Source: a virus (taxonomy: Duplodnaviria; Caudoviricetes). Taken from it: 30,393 nucleotides of DNA. The position numbers were made by a program, and so were the translations under genes. A model generated the notes under the pieces. That model saw only the letters and a list, made by a program, of their open reading frames with translations. It did not search any database and had not been told where the DNA came from. Positions within the stretch are counted from its first letter, which is position 1. Each line of letters starts with the position of its first letter. Shown in pieces: positions 16,504 through 24,726 of the stretch. The stretch spans positions 1 to 30,393 of IMG/VR virus record IMGVR_UViG_3300032295_001253; one strand, written 5' to 3'.

Positions 16504-16593
16504 GGTTACGTAACCTATTACGAAGGCTGCAATAAATATTGCAACCAGTGAAACGTAAGGTGCGATAACCTGACCGGCTGGTGTGTAGTCCAC
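16498..16593 (-). CDS. 31-aa single-pass membrane microprotein
   Basis: AGGAG SD + GTG; MDYTPAGQVIAPYVSLVAIFIAAFVIGYVTD; its stop falls in element B, as for neighbouring genes. Confidence 0.65.
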   Translation of the reverse strand: MDYTPAGQVIAPYVSLVAIFIAAFVIGYVTD

Positions 16594-16609
16594 AGGAAAC
16601 TCCTGTTGT

Positions 16610-16675
16610 GCGGTACCCATCTCCGCTGAGGGTAATGCCTGGGAAGGGAGTCGAACCCTTCCTGCACCGTCAGGC
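16610..16675 (-). ncRNA. tRNA-like minihelix element D (canonical T-loop) plus downstream structure
   Basis: GCCUG-ACGGUGCA-GGAAGGG-UUCGACU-CCCUUCC-CAGGC-A-UUACCCUCAGCGGAGAUGGGUACCGC. Confidence 0.75.
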
Positions 16676-16683
16676 GTTAAGAC

Positions 16684-16863
16684 TTAAAACGGAAACACTT
16701 CTATCACAAGCAGATCTTGCTCCCAATCTTCAAAAGATTGGAAGTATTGAACCGCTTGTTCTTCTGTGTCAAAAATGCGCTCACTTCCTTGGAAGTACGC
16801 ATCTTCAAAGACATAATCCTTGTTGCCGGTGTAAACTCTTTTGACCTGAACTGAATAAACCAT
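16684..16863 (-). CDS. Small hypothetical protein (59 aa)
   Basis: Translated by hand: MVYSVQVKRVYTGNKDYVFEDAYFQGSERIFDTEEQAVQYFQSFEDWEQDLLVIEVFPF. Confidence 0.7.
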   Translation of the reverse strand: MVYSVQVKRVYTGNKDYVFEDAYFQGSERIFDTEEQAVQYFQSFEDWEQDLLVIEVFPF

Positions 16864-16885
16864 TGTGTTAAGTTGAATAGGACAT

Positions 16886-16910
16886 GCTGCGTTTAACGTC
16901 CAGCTTGACG
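16886..16910 (-). ncRNA. Repeated pseudoknot motif, variant copy 9
   Basis: CGUC-AA-GCUG-GACG-UUAAACG-CAGC. Confidence 0.6.
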
Positions 16911-17021
16911 GGTCAATCGCTGAGATCCATTGCGACGACAGTCTTTTCAGCGAATTACCTCACGGGGAGATGCCCCAAAAAGGGGTCAGAATACCCGAGT
17001 AAATAGGTCGGGATTAAGTAG

Positions 17022-17064
17022 TTTTCCACAGATAACATGTAGTTTTCCACAGGGTTGTGGAAAA
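17022..17064. promoter_or_regulatory. Cluster of three DnaA boxes (TTTTCCACA); candidate replication origin or DnaA-regulated site
   Basis: TTTTCCACA at 17022-17030 and 17043-17051; inverted copy TGTGGAAAA at 17056-17064. Confidence 0.7.
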
Positions 17065-17076
17065 GTTGATGAGACG

Positions 17077-17127
17077 ACAGCGGGTGAGTGCTGCATAAAC
17101 CCCTGACACGAGTCAGGGGAAGAGGCA
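17077..17127 (-). ncRNA. Double-hairpin repeat family, divergent copy 3 (possible terminator)
   Basis: UGC..CCCCUGAC-UCGU-GUCAGGGG-UUUA-UGCAGC-ACUCACCC-GCUGU. Confidence 0.4.
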
Positions 17128-17131
17128 ACAG

Positions 17132-17368
17132 TCAATTGATGTACGCAAGTTTTGCCTGCGCAATTGCGCGGCCGTTCTTTACATCAACGTAAACTTTATA
17201 AGTCACCTCATCTCCTGGGTCAGTGTGACCGAAGATGACGTAACTCTTCAGTTCGGCTAGCCAAGCCTGAACATTACCTTGTGGCAACTCACGCACTGCT
17301 ACGCTAACCTTACGGCCAGCTACCAGCATGTTCGCTGCATTCTCAAACCTTTGCATACGATCAGTCAT
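17132..17368 (-). CDS. Hypothetical protein (78 aa)
   Basis: ORF. Confidence 0.7.
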   Translation of the reverse strand: MTDRMQRFENAANMLVAGRKVSVAVRELPQGNVQAWLAELKSYVIFGHTDPGDEVTYKVYVDVKNGRAIAQAKLAYIN

Positions 17369-17619
17369 TGAACTAAATGCGATGGAACTCTGCGTTACAC
17401 GGATGCGCAGCCCCCGTTACTCTCACTACCACCCCGCTATTCTTTTTTTTCTTCCCACAACTCACTACATGTAGGTATGTGGAGAACAGTCAGGTAATTT
17501 TGTACCCAAATAGGGTTAAAAGTTGGCGCCCCCTGGAGCGCACAACAAAACACATGTGTAAAAAAATATAAAATTCCAAATGAGTACCTAAAAGTCTCGT
17601 CTATCCCAAATATTTACAC

Positions 17620-17649
17620 AAAAATGCCGGGTTTTTAGGCCCGGCTTTT
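17620..17649 (-). terminator. Intrinsic terminator, possibly bidirectional
   Basis: GCCGGG/CCCGGC stem flanked by an A-run and a T-run, downstream of 17672-17884. Confidence 0.65.
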
Positions 17650-17671
17650 GATCATTGATAGGTATTTGTAC

Positions 17672-17884
17672 TTAACTTTGTTTTTTACGTTGGTAAGCCT
17701 GTGTTGCTTTCACTGCTTTTTTAAAAGCTTCTTCATCAGGAAGCTCATAAGCCAGCTCTTTCTTTGCGCTGGTTACAAAATCACGCACTTCTAGCGAATC
17801 ACGCCCTTCTTTTGCCATGTCAAGGGCTTTTCCCTTAATACTTTCTAGCGCATCTACGCGTTTTTGGCGTATACCTGCGTCCAT
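17672..17884 (-). CDS. Small charged hypothetical protein (70 aa)
   Basis: ORF followed by a terminator. Confidence 0.75.
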   Translation of the reverse strand: MDAGIRQKRVDALESIKGKALDMAKEGRDSLEVRDFVTSAKKELAYELPDEEAFKKAVKATQAYQRKKQS

Positions 17885-17986
17885 TTCACAAAACTACGCT
17901 GTTATTTACTTAATATAAGACATACACTCTTTGGATTAGCAGCCAATAGAATGTAAACAGCACAAAAGTTAGTGTAATAACTTCAA

Positions 17987-20900
17987 ATGGCTCTTTCTCC
18001 GGCGGATTTCTACTCTTACAGCCGTGCTACTGGGGCACCAGTCCCCGAAGATCCGGAAGAAAGGGCAAGAATGGCGCCTGAGGTACTTGAGTACAGGCGT
18101 AACCAACTCAAGGCCCCCCGCCAGGAGCAGCAACAGGGACCTGATCCCCTTTCTGTGGGGCTTGGAATCGGTATTGCGTTAGCTGGTGGTGTTGGCGGGG
18201 CTTATGGTCTCAATAAGTTGTTGCGTGGTCGCGGGAGAGCTGCAAACGAAGGGAATAAACTAAGTAATCTTGGTAGTTTTGTTGAGAAAGCGGGTTCAAC
18301 CGTAAAGCGTACCCAAGAACAAGGCGTTCCTACGGTTGTACCAAGGCAAACTGAACCACAGCCTTCTAAACAACCTGACTTTACACCACGTTCTTATATT
18401 GAAGATACGGGTGCTGTAGCTCCTGCCGAAGATTTAACCTCAAAACAAAAGCAATCTGGTGCGTCATTAACAGACCAAACATATGAAGCTGTTGAGTCTG
18501 GTATTGGACAAGAGGAGCAACGTATTGACGTTAAACTCCAACGCCATACCGGGACAGATGTTCCAGATGTAGACATTCCTCAAGGAGAAGATACTTTTGA
18601 AGCCTTTGGTTTACTACCTCCTGTTCAACGTACTTTAACAAAACAAGAAAAAGAAGCAAAAATATTTGCACGCCTGGAAACAGAAGCTTTAAAACTTGGT
18701 AAAACAACACATTCCGCAACTAGTCCCTTTGGCCCCGAAGGCCCACGTATTCCACCTGGGCCGTTGTTGTATCCTTCTCAGATTCCCGCTCAAGAAGGGC
18801 AAACAGTCGCTGGTGTTTCAAGCCCCACGCGTGAATTCTTAAGTGTTTTTGCACAAGGTGATCCACGTGTACAAGATGTTGTACGTCGAGAAAACTTTCA
18901 AGGTTTTGAACGTGTTAAAACTTATGGTGGTGTTAAAGGAGCTTCCTTATTAGAAGGCGATGTATTTGATCCGTTGTCGGGTGAAATGCTTGCACGAGGA
19001 GAACAAATTTCAGGCACAGGAAAGACTAAACAGGTTCTTAATCCAGCCTGGTCTGAAGCGTATAAAACTTATTGGGAGCGACGCGCTACGGAACTTCCAC
19101 ATACGCTTGATGATTATGAAGCCCGCAAAGCGGCTGGCAAGTTAAATTATCAATTACCTGCGGAACAGCAAACCGCATCAAACAATGCACAAATGTATGA
19201 AAAATGGGATAAACAAACTTCAGAAGCTTTGCAAGATATTTATGCTGAAACCGTTGGAGATATTCCACAATATATTACTGAAACAGTAGAGCCCAAAACT
19301 ACGTCCGCTGGGACTGAAACCCGATATCGTGGAGATGTTGGGACGGCAGGGGAAACTACAGGTGCTCCTGTTCCTGTGTTAAATCCAAAAGGTATTTTGT
19401 ACGGAGCCCAGGCTAAAGGCCAACCTTTTCTATCTGTAGGCGAAAGCACTCTTGCACGTGCTGCACAAGATCCTTCTTATGCATCAGGGAAAGTTTTACG
19501 TTTTAAAGGAGAAGGAGGTTCAACAAAAATTGATGTAATGCCTCTTAGTTATGACGCCGAAGACGACGTAATATTACCCTCTTCTGTCCCTGGTCAAACA
19601 GTTAAAGGCAAAGCAAAGGTAACACGCACAGCCTTAGTTCCTCTTCAAAAAGCTGTTCTTGTAAAAGATCCACAAACAGGTCAACAAAAAACACAACTTG
19701 TTAATTTTTCAGTGGACCTTTTAGCACCTGTTGGAACTCGAACAGCAACTGATGAATCAGGTAGAGAATTTGCAAAAACAGTAACACTGCAAGAAGCAGT
19801 TAATGATTTACGTTCTTATCACGGAAAAGATTATGCTTCTTTAAATCGTGATGTTGATGCTCTCTTAAAGCGCACTCACAGTGCTTACGATGTTCCTGTG
19901 ATGACGCGTACTTCGTTTGATAAATATGACGAAGCACGTAATGAATTTATTCGTATGCTTGGAGGGTCCCAGTATGAAGCAAAAGAATATGGATTTTTAA
20001 CTTCTGTTGAAGGAAGGGAATTGCCTTATACAGGACCCATTCGTCCTGGTTCAAAAGGCAATAGAGCTGAGAATGTAGCAAATGCTCGTTTAATACTCTC
20101 ACAAGCAGGTGTTCCTTTAGACAAACTTTCTAATTACTTGCCTGACGTTGACGAGCTAGGGACAACCCCACGTGTTCAAACAACAAGTACACGCGACGTT
20201 GGAGTTCCCAAGCCTGACATTATGTCAACCGGCACTAATTTAGGAATTCGTACTAGCACTTATGAACGAATTTCTCCCAGAATGGGAGGTGCTGTTACCA
20301 GTCAATTAAGAAACTTAATATCTAAAGGAGCAAAAGTTGAAAATACTAATGGGAATGTTGTTTATTCAACTGAGCTGGGCAAAGTCACTTACCCAGAAAA
20401 CCAGTTAATTGAAACATTAAAATCAGAAAATCAAGACGCTCCATCAATTGCTGCTTTAGTTGGGCGTTCAATTGCTACAGAAAAAACCAATTCTTTAACT
20501 GTTCGCAAGGAACCTTCAGTTCTTGCTCAAGAACGTGCAAGTGAAAGTGGTTATTATTACGACGAAGCGGGCAATCGTCTCAAAGAGCCAATGACAACAC
20601 CAGGAGGTTCATTTACTGGTGCAGCACGTTTTGCCGCCGGACCCGCATCTGCTGTTTCTATGGGCACTTATCCTCAGGGAGGAAGTCGTGTTGGAATTAA
20701 AACTTCTCCTGTTGATTTAAGTCAACTTCAAGAACGTAATGAGTTTGCCTTGACTGCTAATCTTACCCCCGGTGGGACAGTTCGCCAAGGTGCTTTAAAT
20801 CTTGGGCAAGGTCTTGGTATTATTAATGCAGGAGTTGGAGATTTGACCGAGAGTCAAGCAATCCAGCGTTATGGAATAACTGGTAATCAGTTGCAACAGT

Positions 20901-21163
20901 TTGGAAGAAAATTAATGGATCAAGCAGCTCAAAAACGTGGATTACCATCTGGCCCAACATCTGTTCGCGCAAAAGTTACATCTTTGCCAACTGAGTACAA
21001 AATCAATGCACCTACTCAACTTCCTATTTTAGGCTTGTCTCAATTGAGCCCGTATCGCCAACCTGATGAATTAGACCAAATTGAAGCTTATTTACGCAAA
21101 ACACAAAGGGGGCGATCTACTCCTTTGACATCTGAAGTGCGTATCCAACCAAAGTTGTTCTAA
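17987..21163 (+). CDS. Large low-complexity protein (1058 aa), probable internal virion/ejection protein
   Basis: Long ORF rich in Q/P/T/G with N-terminal GLGIGIALAGGVGG glycine zipper; first gene of the late arm; function inferred. Confidence 0.6.
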   Translation: MALSPADFYSYSRATGAPVPEDPEERARMAPEVLEYRRNQLKAPRQEQQQGPDPLSVGLGIGIALAGGVGGAYGLNKLLRGRGRAANEGNKLSNLGSFVEKAGSTVKRTQEQGVPTVVPRQTEPQPSKQPDFTPRSYIEDTGAVAPAEDLTSKQKQSGASLTDQTYEAVESGIGQEEQRIDVKLQRHTGTDVPDVDIPQGEDTFEAFGLLPPVQRTLTKQEKEAKIFARLETEALKLGKTTHSATSPFGPEGPRIPPGPLLYPSQIPAQEGQTVAGVSSPTREFLSVFAQGDPRVQDVVRRENFQGFERVKTYGGVKGASLLEGDVFDPLSGEMLARGEQISGTGKTKQVLNPAWSEAYKTYWERRATELPHTLDDYEARKAAGKLNYQLPAEQQTASNNAQMYEKWDKQTSEALQDIYAETVGDIPQYITETVEPKTTSAGTETRYRGDVGTAGETTGAPVPVLNPKGILYGAQAKGQPFLSVGESTLARAAQDPSYASGKVLRFKGEGGSTKIDVMPLSYDAEDDVILPSSVPGQTVKGKAKVTRTALVPLQKAVLVKDPQTGQQKTQLVNFSVDLLAPVGTRTATDESGREFAKTVTLQEAVNDLRSYHGKDYASLNRDVDALLKRTHSAYDVPVMTRTSFDKYDEARNEFIRMLGGSQYEAKEYGFLTSVEGRELPYTGPIRPGSKGNRAENVANARLILSQAGVPLDKLSNYLPDVDELGTTPRVQTTSTRDVGVPKPDIMSTGTNLGIRTSTYERISPRMGGAVTSQLRNLISKGAKVENTNGNVVYSTELGKVTYPENQLIETLKSENQDAPSIAALVGRSIATEKTNSLTVRKEPSVLAQERASESGYYYDEAGNRLKEPMTTPGGSFTGAARFAAGPASAVSMGTYPQGGSRVGIKTSPVDLSQLQERNEFALTANLTPGGTVRQGALNLGQGLGIINAGVGDLTESQAIQRYGITGNQLQQFGRKLMDQAAQKRGLPSGPTSVRAKVTSLPTEYKINAPTQLPILGLSQLSPYRQPDELDQIEAYLRKTQRGRSTPLTSEVRIQPKLF

Positions 21164-21165
21164 TC

Positions 21166-21384
21166 ATGGCTGAAGAAAAAAAGAAACCCAACAAGTGGAT
21201 TCAAAAAGCTGATATCAAAGAGGGTGCCTTTACTGCCAAAGCCAAGCGTAAAGGTATTACCTCTGCTCAGCTTCAGGAGAACGTCCTTTCAAGTCCTGAG
21301 AAGTACGATGAACGTACGGTAAAACAAGCTAGACTGCGTCAAACTCTTGTTGGTTTACACGGCAAAAAGAAAGGTAAAGAATGA
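21166..21384 (+). CDS. Small basic phage protein (KWIQKA..K.GAF...KQARLRQTL)
   Basis: ORF, Lys-rich. Confidence 0.8.
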   Translation: MAEEKKKPNKWIQKADIKEGAFTAKAKRKGITSAQLQENVLSSPEKYDERTVKQARLRQTLVGLHGKKKGKE

Positions 21385-22019
21385 AAGACCAACGTCTTGA
21401 ACTAAATCGTTATATCTCTAATCCTTTTGATAACAAGGGACGCATTGCATCCCAGTTAAATTTTCGTGAGTTATTCAGAAATAAATATGACACTGAAACA
21501 GGCGGTTCCCCCTGGGTCCCATCCCGATACACTTCGGAAGACTTACTTAAAGCAGTTCAGAATAGGAAAGTAACTCTTAACCCACGTCTTAATTTTGTAC
21601 CCAATTCTCCCTTTTGGGATACGGAGAATCAGTTACCGCCTGAAGACTATGAAATGTTTGCGGGCCTTGGCAGATTTAAACGCTCTGATTACGACTTTGA
21701 TAATGGTCGTGCATTAACTAAAGCACGTCCACAGCAACAACCTGATTTCAAAGAAGAGTGGGTTGAAGCCTATAAATTAAGTCCCACGGTTAATCCTGGT
21801 AAGCGTGCGAAGAATCCAATGCCGCGTACCGCCAATCCTGATCCCAATGGGTTCATCATGTCAATGGCAGAGAATAGAGCTGAAAATGAAGTAGAAGGTA
21901 AAGTTTCTGTTGCACAACTTCTTCAGAATAAAAAGTTAAACCCAACAGAGGAACGAGAAGGTAATCAAGTTATCAGTAAAGAAGAAGAGAATATTTCTCC
22001 TGGTAAAACAGTTGGTTAA
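21381..22019 (+). CDS. Hypothetical protein (212 aa)
   Basis: ATGA overlap. Confidence 0.8.
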   Translation: MKDQRLELNRYISNPFDNKGRIASQLNFRELFRNKYDTETGGSPWVPSRYTSEDLLKAVQNRKVTLNPRLNFVPNSPFWDTENQLPPEDYEMFAGLGRFKRSDYDFDNGRALTKARPQQQPDFKEEWVEAYKLSPTVNPGKRAKNPMPRTANPDPNGFIMSMAENRAENEVEGKVSVAQLLQNKKLNPTEEREGNQVISKEEENISPGKTVG

Positions 22020-22040
22020 TTTAGAATAAAAAATAAAACC

Positions 22041-22613
22041 ATGTTAGCAGGACTCCTAAAAAAATTGGGAAGCGAGACTTCTCGTGAAGCTGCTAAAGCA
22101 GCTTTACCTGGAGCTGCTGTTAACGCTGCTATTGGAACACTAAGCGGTGGTCCTGTAGCTGGACTTACGTACGCTGTTGGTGATTTTCTTGCAAACTATC
22201 CAGTTGTTGCTGGAGCACGTACATTTTTTCCTGGCACCCCTGGCGGCAAAGCAACCATAGTGACTAAAGAAGGTAACGTAATTAATAAACAACTTGACTA
22301 TGCTCCCTCAAGAGTTGAAAGTGCAGCCAACTTTGCTGCTTCTCTTGCATCAATGCCCTTAGTTGATTACGTAACACAAGGAGCACTACTTCCTACTGCA
22401 CAAGTCGAGCCACCAAACATTTCTCAAGAACGTCAAATTATTCAACAGAACAGTCAGCGACAAACCGTTAACAATTTAATGCAACCACAGACTGTTGCTC
22501 CTGGCACTCAGTTCCAAACTCAAGGAATTGAACAGACACTTCATTACCCAGGCATTACGCTTCCTCCGGAAGTTTTAGCGCAGTTACAGCAGCAACAACA
22601 GAGGATGGTGTAA
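22041..22613 (+). CDS. Probable virion protein (Ala/Gly-rich N-terminus, Gln-rich C-terminus)
   Basis: ORF; composition. Confidence 0.65.
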   Translation: MLAGLLKKLGSETSREAAKAALPGAAVNAAIGTLSGGPVAGLTYAVGDFLANYPVVAGARTFFPGTPGGKATIVTKEGNVINKQLDYAPSRVESAANFAASLASMPLVDYVTQGALLPTAQVEPPNISQERQIIQQNSQRQTVNNLMQPQTVAPGTQFQTQGIEQTLHYPGITLPPEVLAQLQQQQQRMV

Positions 22614-23617
22614 TGGCAAACACTCCATTGCGTCAAGGGGTTCGTGGTGGATACCAGGCCGCCAAAGAACTTTTAAAAAATCTTGATCAAGATTCTAACC
22701 GTTACAAAAGAAACGTTTTTTACGATCCGGAATTTAGACAGGGTCTTCAAACTGCAGGTATTAATGTTAAAGAAACTCCAGGCGCTTTCTTGGGTGCATA
22801 TTCAGCACGTCTTGGAGCTGATTTAACTTCTGATGAAATGCGCAATTTTTACTGGGGCATTAGTCATCCTGCTGAAATATCTAATCAAATTTTTAAAAAA
22901 AATGTTGATCCTCAAAATCAATTAGGGCGTTACGGCCGTGGAATTGTATCTCTTGCTGCTGTGCAACCAGCCCTTGCTTTAACAGGTGCATACAATGTTT
23001 TAAATCTAGGGGAGCTTGGAAGACCAACAGGATTTAAACAAAATGAACCAGATCCAGAAGATCCAACTAAAACAACAAACCCTGCATCAGAACTTTTTCA
23101 AAGATTTTTCTTAGGCCGCACCGGCCGTCCTTTGGCATACGAAAAAGCTAAAGAAGAAATTCCTGATCTTACTAAGCAACGTTACGCAAACTACATGAAT
23201 TTCTTGTACAACGATCCCGGCCCAATTGGTCAAGCAACCTTGGGACTTGTTAAGGTAACACCTGAAAATTTACAGGGTGACCCAGAGGCTCGAATCTTGG
23301 GTTATCCAGTTAGTATTCCGTATGCCGGAACATTAGCTGGTGGCGTACTTGGTGCACGCATTGGTGTTAATAAATCTCCTTCTGTCACTCAAACAGTACA
23401 ACCAAGTTTGTTAGCAGGTCAGAAAGCAGAAGTGTCACGGGCCATGACAAAGCGCACACCTTCTATTGTTCGTGGTTTGGCAGGTGGCGCAGTTGGTTCT
23501 GCCGCTGGTGCAGTTATTGGTACTCTTACCAACCAAGCGATTGCCGCCGCTGGTAATTCAATGAACAAATTACCAACTCAACAAGAGTATCAAAATATTT
23601 CTGCTGGTAGAATTTGA
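22613..23617 (+). CDS. Probable virion/ejection protein with glycine-zipper helices
   Basis: GTLAGGVLGARIG and GLAGGAVGSAAGAVIG segments. Confidence 0.65.
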   Translation: MANTPLRQGVRGGYQAAKELLKNLDQDSNRYKRNVFYDPEFRQGLQTAGINVKETPGAFLGAYSARLGADLTSDEMRNFYWGISHPAEISNQIFKKNVDPQNQLGRYGRGIVSLAAVQPALALTGAYNVLNLGELGRPTGFKQNEPDPEDPTKTTNPASELFQRFFLGRTGRPLAYEKAKEEIPDLTKQRYANYMNFLYNDPGPIGQATLGLVKVTPENLQGDPEARILGYPVSIPYAGTLAGGVLGARIGVNKSPSVTQTVQPSLLAGQKAEVSRAMTKRTPSIVRGLAGGAVGSAAGAVIGTLTNQAIAAAGNSMNKLPTQQEYQNISAGRI

Positions 23618-23644
23618 ATATAAATAAAATAATACGCCTAAATA

Positions 23645-24724
23645 ATGACGCCTGAAGAAATCGCAAGAATGCAGGCAGGTGTTGATCCACGTGCTTATTA
23701 TCAAGACTATGATATTCTGCGAAAAGTAAGAGCTGGTGAGTTACCCGAAGAATTGCTTGGCAATCGTGGCGCAACAACTATTCGTCCGGGAACTACAGGC
23801 GCACAACAATTTAACGCTTCTAGTTTTTTTGAAAATATGATGAATCGCATGGGCGGTTTTGGCAAAAATTTTGAACAGAATTTAGAAGCACCTGGTGGAC
23901 TGTTTAAAAATAAAGAAGGTGCATATAGACGAGCAGGTGGTGGTAAAACAGGTGCTGTTCTTGGTGCCGTTGAAACAACTCTCCAAGATCCAATAGCAGG
24001 TATTGTTAGTGCCCCCATTGGACTTGCCGCTGGCCAAGCAACAAATATGTTAACTAACGCTCTTACTAAAGGATTGCTAGAAAAAGGTCCTTTACCAGTT
24101 AAAGCTGCTGGTATGGCACTGAGGTATTTAGCTCCTTCTTTCGTTGGTTATCAAGCACAGCAAGCTGCTGCCCGTGGTGTACAAGGCATAACAGGCTCTG
24201 CTCCTGAAGCTGCTCAAGGTGCAACACAAGCACTTGCAGGAGGCGGAGGTCTTCTTGGTCTTGGTAGCAATATGCAAGATCTTTCTCTTGATTTACCAAT
24301 CCTTGGGAAAGTTAATATTGGTGAACGAGCAAAGATGCGTTCTGCCGCAGCGTTTAATCGCGAAATGATTTCGTTAGATCAACAGATGGAGTTGGATAGA
24401 CAACAAAAAATGAATCGAATGAATATGACCAATGAAATTGAATATATGAAAGCTGCTGGTCAAATTGACAGTCAAAATAGACTTAATTATCTCAAATCAA
24501 TGCAACCTATTATTGAAAGAGCACAGCGAAATGAATTAGCTGCAAATCAAGCGATGATGAATACTCAGATTGCAGGGGCGCAAAGTTTAGCTCGAATGTC
24601 GGGCATGTTCCAGTTAGCGGATAGGTCTAAGGCCGAAGAAGGAGCACTTGCTCGTACCCTGGCAGCAAATAGCCCATACAATGCGGCAATGCTTCCCATG
24701 CCACAAATTCAATTTGGAGGTTGA
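23645..24724 (+). CDS. Probable virion/ejection protein (Gly/Ala-rich plus Met/Gln coiled coil)
   Basis: ORF; composition. Confidence 0.65.
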   Translation: MTPEEIARMQAGVDPRAYYQDYDILRKVRAGELPEELLGNRGATTIRPGTTGAQQFNASSFFENMMNRMGGFGKNFEQNLEAPGGLFKNKEGAYRRAGGGKTGAVLGAVETTLQDPIAGIVSAPIGLAAGQATNMLTNALTKGLLEKGPLPVKAAGMALRYLAPSFVGYQAQQAAARGVQGITGSAPEAAQGATQALAGGGGLLGLGSNMQDLSLDLPILGKVNIGERAKMRSAAAFNREMISLDQQMELDRQQKMNRMNMTNEIEYMKAAGQIDSQNRLNYLKSMQPIIERAQRNELAANQAMMNTQIAGAQSLARMSGMFQLADRSKAEEGALARTLAANSPYNAAMLPMPQIQFGG

Positions 24725-24726
24725 TA

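Noticed and set aside
16636-16675. Element D as a degenerate tRNA pseudogene or attP remnant
   Set aside because: The 5+7 bp stem layout is shared with three sister elements showing compensatory changes, which decay would not produce; no integrase in the window
1085-16910. Repeated motifs as a CRISPR array or integron attC sites
   Set aside because: Spacing is irregular (0.3-5 kb) with whole genes in between, there is no cas or integrase gene in the window, and there are no attC-type RYYYAAC/GTTRRRY ends
17377-17571. 64-aa plus-strand ORF in the arm junction
   Set aside because: Runs through a poly-T tract and DnaA-like boxes; better explained as a non-coding control region
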